A stretch of DNA of 64,000 nt from Desulfarculus sp. (GCA_016218705.1 JACRDC010000049.1:21660-85659); one strand, 5' to 3'. Numbered from the stretch's first letter, positions 18,335-26,318 are shown. Translations and numbers: made by a program. Notes: generated from the sequence alone by a model not told the origin.

Positions 18335-18976
18335 ATGTCCAAGATCGAGAATCCCAGCGGCATCCCCGACGACGACCTCATGCGCGAGGGGCTGATCGAC
18401 CGCCTGAGCCAGTACCTGGCCGCCGAGCCCGGGGCCTGGCACGTGCGCTACAATCTGGGGGTGGCCATGGCCCACGAGGGCCGCCTGGACGAGGCCCTGG
18501 AGCAGTTCGGGCTGGTACTGAAGGACGCCCCCAAGCACATGCAGAGCCTGGTCAATATCGGCGGCATCCACTTGTCGCGCGGCGACGCCGGCGAGGCCCT
18601 TAAGGCCTTCTCCTCGGCCTTGATGGTCTGGGACGTGCCCGTGGTGCGGGCCAACCTGGCCGTGGCCTACCTGCAACTGGACCGGCTGGAGGAGGCTGAG
18701 CGCGAGTTGCGCCGCGCCCTGGCCATGGACCCCAAGATGCCAGACGCGCTCACTAACTTGGGTAGCCTGCTGCTTCGGCGGGAGCGCTACGCCGAGTCGG
18801 CCGAGGCCAGCCGCCAGGCCCTGGAGCTGAGCCCGGATTTTGCCATGGCCTGCAACAACCTGGCCCTGGCGCTTCTGGCCCTGGAGCAGGTGGATCAGGC
18901 CCGGGAGCAGGCGGCCCGGGCCAAAGAGTTGGGCTACCCGGTGCACCCCGACCTGCTGGCCAGCCTGGGGTTATAG
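18335..18976 (+). CDS. Tetratricopeptide repeat protein
   Basis: 213 aa with several canonical 34-residue TPR units (e.g. WHVRYNLGVAMAHEGRLDEALEQFGLVLKDAP). Confidence 0.75.
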   Translation: MSKIENPSGIPDDDLMREGLIDRLSQYLAAEPGAWHVRYNLGVAMAHEGRLDEALEQFGLVLKDAPKHMQSLVNIGGIHLSRGDAGEALKAFSSALMVWDVPVVRANLAVAYLQLDRLEEAERELRRALAMDPKMPDALTNLGSLLLRRERYAESAEASRQALELSPDFAMACNNLALALLALEQVDQAREQAARAKELGYPVHPDLLASLGL

Positions 18977-19057
18977 CAGTCTGTATTCAACAGCCTGCTA
19001 AGCCCTGCCTCCCGCCAACTCCTTCTGCGAGGCGGCAAGGGCCGAGCAAGAGGACGC

Positions 19058-19957
19058 ATGGAAGCCTTGGGGACCCTGGTCTTTGGCATCCTGCCCCACG
19101 CCGCCCTGGCGGTACTGCTGGGCGGGTGCGCCTGGCGCCTGTGGGGCTGGGCGGCCACCCCGGAGCCTTGGCCCCAGCCCTTGACCCCGGCCCCCGCCGG
19201 CCGGGCCGGAGTGGCTTGGCGGTTCTTGTGGCAGGCCCTGGCCATGCCGGCCCTGTGGCGGGCCAACCCCATACTGTGGGCCTTGGTCTGGCTGCTGCAC
19301 CTGTGCCTGCTGCTCACCTTCCTGCACCACCTGCGCCTGTTCGTGCAGCCGGTGCCGGAGTGGCTCATGGCCCTGCGCGCCCCCGGCCGCCTGGCCGGGC
19401 ACCTGCTACCCCTACTCTTGCTTATATTGTTGATGCGCCGCCTGGCCGGCCCAGTGCTGCGCCGGCTCTCGGTCTGGGAGGACTATCTGGCCCCGGCCCT
19501 GCTTTTGGCCTTGAGCCTTAGCGGCCTGGCCATGCACAGTCTGGAGCGGCCCCCCCTGGTGGAAATCAAGGCCCTGGCCCTGGGGCTCGTGGGCCTGCGC
19601 GCCGCCCCCTCGCCACCGGCCGGGCTGTTCTGGTTGCACTTCCTGCTGGCCCTGGGGCTGTGCTGCTACCTGCCCTGGGGCAAGCTGATGCACGGGGCCG
19701 GCCTGTGGTTGAGCCCGGGCCTGGGCCAGCCCGACAGCCTCCGTTCACGCGCCGCGGCCGCCACCGGCCAAGCCGCCACCCTGGTCCAGCCCGGCCCGCC
19801 GGAAACCTCCGCCTGGGGACCCGAGGAATACCGCGCCGCTCTGAAGAACCGCTGGGCCGGGGCCGGGGTGCACCGGGTCATGGGCGCCCGCGAGCGGGCG
19901 CAGAGCCTCACCGGCCACCGCCAGTGGCCAGGCCCGGGAGGCGACCATGGCCGCTGA
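19058..19957 (+). CDS. DsrM/NarI-like integral membrane dihaem cytochrome b candidate
   Basis: 299 aa, about 5 TM helices. N-terminus and His-containing helices (LHLCLLLTFLHH, GLAMH, LHFLL...GKLMH) resemble the DsrM/HmeC/NarI family. Overlaps the following HdrD-like gene by 11 nt. Confidence 0.7.
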   Translation: MEALGTLVFGILPHAALAVLLGGCAWRLWGWAATPEPWPQPLTPAPAGRAGVAWRFLWQALAMPALWRANPILWALVWLLHLCLLLTFLHHLRLFVQPVPEWLMALRAPGRLAGHLLPLLLLILLMRRLAGPVLRRLSVWEDYLAPALLLALSLSGLAMHSLERPPLVEIKALALGLVGLRAAPSPPAGLFWLHFLLALGLCCYLPWGKLMHGAGLWLSPGLGQPDSLRSRAAAATGQAATLVQPGPPETSAWGPEEYRAALKNRWAGAGVHRVMGARERAQSLTGHRQWPGPGGDHGR

Positions 19958-21407
19958 GTCCTGGCCGGCGCCCGCCATGGCGCTGGGCGCGTCGGCCGAT
20001 CAGGCCTGCCTGCCGGCCCAGGCCAACGACCTTGAGGCCCTGGGCCTGCCGGAAGCGTTGCCCCCGGACTGGCGCCAGCGTCTTTTGGGGGCCTTTGGCC
20101 AGGCCCTGGAGGGGCAGCGCGGCCTGCGCCAGGCCTTGGAGGCCTGCGTGGGCTGCGGGGCCTGCCACCAGTCTTGTTCGTTCCACCTGGGCACCGGCGA
20201 CCCCCACAACACCCCGCAAGGCCGCGCCGACTTGGCCAGGCGGTTGTACCGGCGGCATTTTTCGCCTCGGGCGCGGCTGTTGGGCCGGTGGGGCCAGCCA
20301 AGGGATATCCTTGATGAAGACCTGCTGGGCCTTTGGCGGGCCTATTTCTGGCAGTGTACCCTCTGCCGCCGCTGCACCCTGTTCTGCCCCCTGGGCATAG
20401 ACACCTCCCTGGTCACTCGGGCCTGCCGCCACATCCTGGCCCAAGTGGGACAGGTGCCTGGGCATGTCGCCCGCGAGTTCTTGGGCATCCTGGGCAGCGG
20501 CAACGGCCAAGGCCTGCCGCCAGCCGCCTGGACCGCCCGGCACCAGGCCCTGGAGGAGGAGCTCCTGCGCGAGACCGGCCAGGCCATGGCCTGCCCCGTG
20601 GACGAGCAGGGCGCGGACGTGCTCTTGATCCCCTCGCCCCAGGAGCCCTTCAGCCAATCCGCCACCTACAAGGGCTACGCCAAGGTCTTCCACGCCGCCG
20701 GCCTGTCCTGGACCACCAGCACCTACTTGAACCAGGCCAGCAATCCCGGCCTCTGGCTGGGTCCCCGCCAGGCGGCCCTGGTGGGGCGCCGGGTGTTGGA
20801 GGCCACCCGCCTGCTCAAGCCCCGGCACATCGTCGTCGCCGAGAGCGGACAGGGATGGGCGGTCTTGCGCAACCTGGGGGCGGTGCTGGCCGGCGGCTTG
20901 GCCGGCGAGAAATACCTCAAGGCCAAGGAGCCCCTGCATATCTGCCAGCTCAGCAGCCGCCTGCTCAAGGAGGGGGCCTTTGCCGGCGTCCTGCGGCCCC
21001 AGGCCCTGCAGGGGGTCAAACCGGTGTTTCACGAGCCCTGCCAGGTGGCGCGCTCCGGCGGGCTGGGCCAGGAGCCCCGCCGCCTGCTCAAGGCCGCCTG
21101 CCTGGGCTGGCTGGAGATGCCCAAACCCGTGGGCGGCCCCCTAACCCTGTGCTGCGGGGCCGGCGGCGGGCTCAACGCCCCGGAGCTGTACCAAGTCCGC
21201 CTGGCCGGCCTGATGCCCCTGGCCCGGGCCTTGGCCCAGGCCCAGCGCCGCCAGGGCTGCACCGCCGTGGTGACCATGTGCGCCACCTGCCAGGACCAAC
21301 TGGGCGAGGGGCTGGCCCACTTCGGTCTGGGCCTGACCGTGCACGGGGTGCACGAGTTCCTGGGCCAGGCCCTGTACCCCTCGCGCCCGGCGGAGGCCAG
21401 GCCGTGA
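19947..21407 (+). CDS. DsrK/HdrD-like iron-sulfur (CCG-domain) oxidoreductase
   Basis: 486 aa. Two ferredoxin motifs, CVGCGACHQSC and CTLCRRCTLFCP. C-terminal Cys-rich CCG region (LCCGAGGG, CATCQDQ). Confidence 0.8.
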   Translation: MAAESWPAPAMALGASADQACLPAQANDLEALGLPEALPPDWRQRLLGAFGQALEGQRGLRQALEACVGCGACHQSCSFHLGTGDPHNTPQGRADLARRLYRRHFSPRARLLGRWGQPRDILDEDLLGLWRAYFWQCTLCRRCTLFCPLGIDTSLVTRACRHILAQVGQVPGHVAREFLGILGSGNGQGLPPAAWTARHQALEEELLRETGQAMACPVDEQGADVLLIPSPQEPFSQSATYKGYAKVFHAAGLSWTTSTYLNQASNPGLWLGPRQAALVGRRVLEATRLLKPRHIVVAESGQGWAVLRNLGAVLAGGLAGEKYLKAKEPLHICQLSSRLLKEGAFAGVLRPQALQGVKPVFHEPCQVARSGGLGQEPRRLLKAACLGWLEMPKPVGGPLTLCCGAGGGLNAPELYQVRLAGLMPLARALAQAQRRQGCTAVVTMCATCQDQLGEGLAHFGLGLTVHGVHEFLGQALYPSRPAEARP

Positions 21408-21430
21408 GGCCGGGGCAGGGCAGGGGCCTG

Positions 21431-21701
21431 ATGGTCGGGGCGTTGGTCCTGGCCGGGCTGGCCCTGGCCGCCTGCGCCCCGCCGGCCCCGCCCCCCCGGC
21501 GCCAAGGCCAGGGCCGGGGCCATGCGGCCCGAGTATCACCAGCCGGCCCCCTGGTGGCGCGACCGGCACGCGCTGCTCCTGGAGCGGGCCGCCGCCGGGC
21601 TCAGGCTGGCCGACTGCCGGGTCTGCCACCAGCCCTCCCAGGCCTGCCGGCCCTGCCACGCCTATGTGGGCCTGCCCCCCGGGGAGGCCGACCGTGACTA
21701 G
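21431..21701 (+). pseudogene. Putative dihaem c-type cytochrome lipoprotein; signal peptide and haem domain are in different frames across a C7 tract (frameshift or sequencing error)
   Basis: ATG 21431 encodes MVGALVLAGLALAAC (lipobox LAAC). From 21498 the +1 frame encodes ...YHQPAPWWRDRHALLLE...ADCRVCHQPSQACRPCHAYVG, ending at TAG 21699-21701. The frames switch at C7 21491-21497. Confidence 0.45.
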
Positions 21702-22344
21702 ACCGCCGGCAAATCCGGGAGGGCGGGGCCGCCCCGGCCCGTGGGTCTGGCTGGAGCGCCGCCTGGGCCTGGGCGAGGCCTTTCGCCAGCGCTACCTGGA
21801 GCGCCAGGTGCCGGCATTGCGCGGCTGGCCCCAGTATTTCCACCGCTGCCTGGGGGGGCTGAGCCTGCTGCTCTTGGTGGTGCAACTCCTCACGGGGCTC
21901 TTTTTGCTGCTGCACTACCGGCCCGAGCCCGGCCAGGCCCTGGCCAGCCTGATGCGCATGGAGGCCCAGGTCTGGGGGGGCTGGGCGCTCAGACGGGCCC
22001 ACGCCGTGGGTGGCAACCTCTTGCCGTGGCTGGTGAGCCTGCATATGCTCAAGGTGCTGTGGCGGGGCGCCTTTCATGATCCCCGCGAACTCAACTGGCT
22101 CAGCGGCGCGCTGCTGTGGCTGGCCAGCCTGGCCATGCTGGTCAGCGGCGGGTTGTTGCCCGCCACCCAGGGCGCCTGGCGGGGGCTGGCCACCCTGTGC
22201 CAGGCCCTGGGCCTGGACCCGCCGGGCCTGGAGGGCCTGGGTCTGGCCCATGGCCTGCATCTGGGCCTGCCCTGGCTGATGCTCCTGGCCCTGTGGGCCC
22301 ACCTGGCCATGGTGCGCCGCCTGGGCCTGGCCGAGCCTTTGTGA
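21694..22344 (+). CDS. Cytochrome b N-terminal domain protein (b6-like)
   Basis: WLERRLGLGEAFRQRYLERQVP...YFHRCLGG resembles the cytochrome b6 N-terminus. Two His pairs sit 14 residues apart (AHAVGGNLLPWLVSLH; LHLGLPWLMLLALWAH). GTG 21694 follows GGGGAGG; ATG 21664 is an alternative start. Confidence 0.8.
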   Translation: MTRPPANPGGRGRPGPWVWLERRLGLGEAFRQRYLERQVPALRGWPQYFHRCLGGLSLLLLVVQLLTGLFLLLHYRPEPGQALASLMRMEAQVWGGWALRRAHAVGGNLLPWLVSLHMLKVLWRGAFHDPRELNWLSGALLWLASLAMLVSGGLLPATQGAWRGLATLCQALGLDPPGLEGLGLAHGLHLGLPWLMLLALWAHLAMVRRLGLAEPL

Positions 22345-22357
22345 CCAGGATGAAGCC

Positions 22358-22771
22358 ATGAAGATCTACGACCCCCGCCGCGACGGACCCTTGCAGCCCC
22401 TGGTGCCCCACGGCCTACTGGACCTGGCCCTGGCCGGCCTGGGTCTCCTGGTGCTGTTGGTGGGGCTGTGCGTGCTGGCCCCGGGCTGGTTCCAGGACCC
22501 GCCCCTGCCGGCGGGCGGGGCTGCCCTGGCCGGGGAGGCCACGCCGGCCTGGTACTGGCTGCCCCTGCTGGGGCTGTTTGATCTGCTGCCCGGCGGCTGG
22601 GGCCTGACCCTGGGGGTGCTTATGCTGCTGGCCCTGGGGGGCCTGCCCTTCTGGCGGCGCGGTCCGCGTCTGCCCGCGCGCCAGCGTCCCCTGTTCCTCA
22701 AGGTGCTTCTTACCGCCCTGACTCTGCTCCTTGGCCTCTTCCTGTGGGGGGCCTGGAGGATGACGGCCTGA
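22358..22771 (+). CDS. Cytochrome b C-terminal domain / b6f subunit IV-like protein
   Basis: 137 aa with 3 TM helices. Contains PAWYWLP at the position of the PEWY quinol-site motif. Lies 13 nt after the cytochrome b gene. Confidence 0.65.
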   Translation: MKIYDPRRDGPLQPLVPHGLLDLALAGLGLLVLLVGLCVLAPGWFQDPPLPAGGAALAGEATPAWYWLPLLGLFDLLPGGWGLTLGVLMLLALGGLPFWRRGPRLPARQRPLFLKVLLTALTLLLGLFLWGAWRMTA

Positions 22772-23385
22772 TGGACGGGCGGGCGCTCATGGGGCCCTGG
22801 GCCTGGAGATGGGGCGTGGCCCTGGCCCTGTTTTTGGGCCTGGCGGTCTGGCCGGCCACCGCCGGCGCCCAGGCCGGCCCGGGGGGCCAGTGCCGGCAGT
22901 GCCACCTGAGCCAGCCCTCGCGGGTGCTGGGGCAACTGGCCTGGCAGGGGCCGCTGGAGCAGGGACGGCTCACCCCCTGTCCGGGGCTCCAGGTGGTGCA
23001 GGAGGAGCTTTGGGCCACCGAGAGCCTGCTCAGCGGCCTGGCCGCCCAGTTGCCCGGCCTGGCCCGCCAGGGCCGTTACGTGGAGCCCTGGCGCCTGGCC
23101 CTGCACCAGGCCCGGGCCGGCCTGGCCTTGGCCCTGGCCGAGCCCCTGGAGGACGGCGGGCCGGCTGTCCGGCGCCTGGCCCAGGTGCGCCGCCTGGCCC
23201 ATGAGGGCGCCCTGGCCCCCCTGCTGGAGCAGAACCAGCTCAGCCGCCAGCGTCTGTGGTGGGGGCTATTGTTGCTGGGCGGCCTACTACTGGCCCTGGC
23301 CTGGCTGGTGGGATGGCGCCGGGGCCTGCCGGCCGAGCCCGGCGAGCGCGTCTTCGCCCGGGTCAAGGCGGGGCGCCTGCCATGA
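22771..23385 (+). CDS. Membrane-anchored monohaem c-type cytochrome
   Basis: Signal peptide WGVALALFLGLAVWPATAGAQA, a single CRQCH motif, and a C-terminal TM helix (LWWGLLLLGGLLLALAWLVGW). ATG 22771 overlaps the upstream stop (TGATG). Confidence 0.6.
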   Translation: MDGRALMGPWAWRWGVALALFLGLAVWPATAGAQAGPGGQCRQCHLSQPSRVLGQLAWQGPLEQGRLTPCPGLQVVQEELWATESLLSGLAAQLPGLARQGRYVEPWRLALHQARAGLALALAEPLEDGGPAVRRLAQVRRLAHEGALAPLLEQNQLSRQRLWWGLLLLGGLLLALAWLVGWRRGLPAEPGERVFARVKAGRLP

Positions 23386-25082
23386 AGTTTACGGCGCTCA
23401 AGTGGGCCAGGGGCTGGCTGGCCGGGCTGGCGGGCCTGCTTTGGGCCTGTGGCCTGGGGGCGGTGCTGGGTTGCTCCGAGGCCCCGGAGCCGCCCTCCAC
23501 CGCTATTGGCCAGCAGCAGGCGGCGGCCCGCGCCCAGGCCCAGGAGTTGGCCGGTCAGTTGGCGGCCCGGCGGGAGCGGGTGCTGGCCCTGTGCGGCCTG
23601 GCGGCCAAGGCCGCGCCCAGCACCCCGGACCTGGCCCGGGGACTCTACCAGGAGGCCTGGCAAGAGGCCCAGTCCCTGGCCGAGCCCAAGGCCGCGGTGC
23701 TGGCCCAGCAACTGCGCCAGGAGGCCGGCGCCGCCCAGGACGCGGCCCGCCGGCGGGAACTGGACCTGGCCGGGCGCCTGGAGGATTACAGCCGGCGGGC
23801 CTGGCCGCTCAGGGTGGTGGCCGAGGGCTGCCAGGCCTTGGCTCCCCAGGTGGCCGCCCAGGCCCTCAAGCAGGGCCTGGCCCTGGCCAAGGTCAACCCC
23901 GACCTGGTGGCCCGCGACCAGGACCTGGGGGGCTTCTGCCTGGTGCTGGCCCGCCGCGACCCCGTGGCCGGCCGCGCCCTGGCCGGCGAGTTGGGCGACC
24001 CCCTGTGGCGGGCCTGGGTCTGGCGGGAGCTGGCCGTCCTGGAGGGCGGACCCCTGGCCTGGACCCAGGCGGCCCAGGCGGCCCGCGAGCTGCCCCATAC
24101 CGCCCTGCGCGCCCGTGAGCTGGCGGCCACGGCTTTGGCCGCCTGCGAGTCCGACCCCGCCCTGGGGCTCACCCTCTTTCAGGAAGCCTTCCAGGCCGCC
24201 GGCGGCCTGGCCCAGCCCCGGGAGCGTGCCCTGTTGCAGGGCCAGGTGGCGGCGCTTTTGGCGCGGGTGGACGCCGAGTCGGGCTGGCGCCTGGCCAAGC
24301 GGGCCGAGCCCCTGGCCGGCGCCCGCTTCCAGGCCTGCCGCTGGGCCGGCCTGGCCCTGTTGGGCAGCGACCCCGTGGCCGGCCGGCGCGCCCTGCACGA
24401 GGCCTGGGAGGCCTCCCAGGCCCTGCCCCTGGAGTTCGAGCGCCAGCGGGCCGTGTGCCTGCTGGCCCAAGACCTGGCCGGCCCCGACCCGGCCCTGGCC
24501 CGGGAGATGCTGGAGACCCTGCCCCCGGGCGAGAACCTGTTGCGCGGCGAGGCCGAGGCTGCTATGGTGCTGGCCGAGGCCAGCCGGGACTGGCCAGCGG
24601 CCCTGGCCCAGGCCTCGCGGCTTGCCGATCCCTTGAGCCGCCTGCGGGTGCTGATGCGCCTGAGCGCGGTGGCTGGGCAGGGCCAGGCCGGCTCCAGCGC
24701 GGAGCTACTGGCCCGCGCCCTGGACCTGGCCCGGCCCCTGGGGGCCCATGAGGCCCTGCGCGCCCTTGCCCTGGAGTGGGCGGCCCGGGAGCCGCGCAAA
24801 GGGGTTGACATCGCCGCCGCCATCGGCGAAAACGTGGCCAGGGCCGCGGCGCTGTCCAGCGTGGCCAGGGTCCTGGCCCAGGGGGGGCAGACGGCCGCCA
24901 GCCAGTGGGCCTTGTATCTGGCCGAGGAGGCCCTGCAAGGACTGCCAGCCAATCAGGCTATTGACAAGGCGCGCTTGCTGGGCGATATGGGACAGGAATG
25001 GGCCGCGGGCGACGCGGAGTTGTCCCGGCGCTTTTTTGAGATGGGCGCCGAGGCGGCCAGGAAAGTGGGTACCAGCAGTTGA
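23382..25082 (+). CDS. Ala/Leu-rich helical-repeat lipoprotein, function unknown
   Basis: 566 aa. Lipobox AVLGC. Long repetitive A/L/R/E-rich sequence (HEAT/TPR-like by eye). ATG 23382 overlaps the upstream stop (ATGA). The track ORF 23256..25082 contains it. Confidence 0.55.
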   Translation: MKFTALKWARGWLAGLAGLLWACGLGAVLGCSEAPEPPSTAIGQQQAAARAQAQELAGQLAARRERVLALCGLAAKAAPSTPDLARGLYQEAWQEAQSLAEPKAAVLAQQLRQEAGAAQDAARRRELDLAGRLEDYSRRAWPLRVVAEGCQALAPQVAAQALKQGLALAKVNPDLVARDQDLGGFCLVLARRDPVAGRALAGELGDPLWRAWVWRELAVLEGGPLAWTQAAQAARELPHTALRARELAATALAACESDPALGLTLFQEAFQAAGGLAQPRERALLQGQVAALLARVDAESGWRLAKRAEPLAGARFQACRWAGLALLGSDPVAGRRALHEAWEASQALPLEFERQRAVCLLAQDLAGPDPALAREMLETLPPGENLLRGEAEAAMVLAEASRDWPAALAQASRLADPLSRLRVLMRLSAVAGQGQAGSSAELLARALDLARPLGAHEALRALALEWAAREPRKGVDIAAAIGENVARAAALSSVARVLAQGGQTAASQWALYLAEEALQGLPANQAIDKARLLGDMGQEWAAGDAELSRRFFEMGAEAARKVGTSS

Positions 25083-25129
25083 GTTTCGGGTTTTGCCCGG
25101 TTTGATGCCAATCGGAAGGAGGACAGCTT

Positions 25130-25315
25130 ATGTTCCAGGTCGTGGTTGATGCCGACAAATGCGTTGGCGACGAGGAGTGCGTGGAGGTTTGCCCGGTGGA
25201 CGTGTATGAAATGCAAGATGGCAAGGCGGTCCCCGTGAACGCGGAGGAGTGCCTGGGCTGCGAGAGCTGCGTCGAGGTGTGCGAGAACGACGCCATCACG
25301 ATCACCGAAGTCTAA
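25130..25315 (+). CDS. 7-Cys + Asp14 ferredoxin (Desulfovibrio africanus FdIII-like [3Fe-4S]/[4Fe-4S] type)
   Basis: 61 aa. C11-x2-D14-x2-C17-x3-C21-P and C41-x2-C44-x2-C47-x3-C51-E. Strong SD GGAAGGAGG. Confidence 0.9.
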   Translation: MFQVVVDADKCVGDEECVEVCPVDVYEMQDGKAVPVNAEECLGCESCVEVCENDAITITEV

Positions 25316-25333
25316 GCCGCCCCAGATCAGAGC

Positions 25334-25380
25334 AACCCGCCGCGGGGCCCCTGCCGGCCCCGCGGCGGGTTTTGTGTTTC
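25334..25380 (+). terminator. Rho-independent terminator after the ferredoxin gene
   Basis: ACCCGCCGCGGGGCC / GGCCCCGCGGCGGGT stem followed by TTTTGTGTTT. Confidence 0.75.
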
Positions 25381-25430
25381 CCGGCCCTGGCGGGCACCGG
25401 CGGGTTTTGATTTTTGGCCGCCCAAGCCCC

Positions 25431-25605
25431 GTGTCCCGCTCTTAGCCCGGCCATTCCTAGGGCACCGGCAAGGGGGCTGCTATGATCCACCCGGGAAGGG
25501 ATACGGGCTCTCTGCGGCCCCTGCCCACGCCAGGGCGGAGAGTCCACCCCGCGCCGGCAGCCGCACCGGCAAAGCCAGTATGGCCGGGTGGCTCTAGCGG
25601 GACAC
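25431..25605 (+). ncRNA. Candidate structured RNA (rod-like, 6S-like architecture) or palindromic element
   Basis: Nested co-linear helices: 25431-40/25596-605 (10 bp), 25447-54/25580-87 (8 bp), 25475-80/25557-62 (6 bp), 25505-15/25535-45 (11 bp, two G-U pairs that only work on the + strand). An asymmetric central loop separates them. No coding potential. Confidence 0.3.
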
Positions 25606-25719
25606 CAAAAGAAACCGCTTAGGTTTTCTTGGGCCGCCGAAACCGTATGGGTTGTGCCCAGAGGAAATTTGCAGAAAAACCTATGCGTCCGATCTGAAAT
25701 ACGAAAAAACTTCAGACCT

Positions 25720-25760
25720 AAAAAGGGCCAGGGCCGGCCCCGGGGGGAGCCGGCCCTGGC
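25720..25760 (-). terminator. Rho-independent terminator after cytochrome c3
   Basis: GCCAGGGCCGGC (25727-38) pairs with GCCGGCCCTGGC (25749-60). A-run 25720-25724 on the + strand gives a U-run after the stem on the minus strand. Confidence 0.7.
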
Positions 25761-25785
25761 GAGGGTCGCCGTATTCAAGCCGCTG

Positions 25786-26217
25786 CTACTTGGCCTTGGG
25801 ATGGCACTCGTCGCACTTGGTGGGGCCCTTCTTCTGGTCCTTGTGGCAGTCGCGGCACTGCTTGTGGAAGGCGTTGTAGAGGCTCAGGCTCTCGCCCTCC
25901 ACCGGGGGCTTCTTGTCCGCGGAGGTATGGCACTCGGCGCATTTCTGCACCTTGTCGCCGTCCTTCCAGGTGTTGGTCTTCTTGTCCTTCTTCACGTGGT
26001 GGCACTTGTCGCAGGCGATCTTGTACTCCACGTTGTGCTTGGTGTGGGTCAGCTTCACCGGGGCCTTGGTCAGGGTGCCGAAGACCTTGGTGTTGTCAAT
26101 GGGGAACTCGTCCTTCACCTCGCCGGACTTGGTTTTGGCCGCCCAGGCCGCCCCTCCCACCAGGGCCAGCGCCAGGAAGGCCACCAGGGCCAAGATGGCA
26201 ACAAAGCTTTTCTTCAT
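25786..26217 (-). CDS. Tetrahaem cytochrome c3 (class III, periplasmic)
   Basis: 143 aa with a signal peptide ending in AWA. Four haem motifs: CDKCH, CAECH, CRDCH, CDECH. Lys-rich, a typical c3. Confidence 0.92.
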   Translation of the reverse strand: MKKSFVAILALVAFLALALVGGAAWAAKTKSGEVKDEFPIDNTKVFGTLTKAPVKLTHTKHNVEYKIACDKCHHVKKDKKTNTWKDGDKVQKCAECHTSADKKPPVEGESLSLYNAFHKQCRDCHKDQKKGPTKCDECHPKAK

Positions 26218-26288
26218 GTCGTTGTCTCCTCCTCCCCGCTAATAAAAAAGCGAATTGAAAACTCTCGCTTGCCTAACCCATAGCCGGC

Positions 26289-26318
26289 TTTATAGCCCTG
26301 GGGCGCGGCCATTGTCAA
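26289..26318 (-). promoter_or_regulatory. Sigma70-type promoter of cytochrome c3 (TTGACA-18 bp-TATAAA on minus strand)
   Basis: The minus strand reads TTGACAatggccgcgccccagggcTATAAA. On the plus strand these are TGTCAA 26313-18 and TTTATA 26289-94. Confidence 0.5.

Noticed and set aside
20333-21697. 454-aa alternative-frame ORF spanning the DsrK-like gene and the small cytochrome region.
   Set aside because: Only its last ~90 codons (from ATG 21431) look meaningful, as a lipoprotein signal peptide. The rest is Arg/Pro/Gly shadow of the HdrD-like frame, which carries the FeS and CCG motifs.
25588-26283. 231-aa plus-strand ORF and 25302..25778 minus-strand ORF in the ferredoxin/cytochrome c3 region.
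   Set aside because: The first is antisense to the unmistakable tetrahaem c3 gene. The second spans two terminators and the structured intergenic element. Neither has motifs or coding-like composition.
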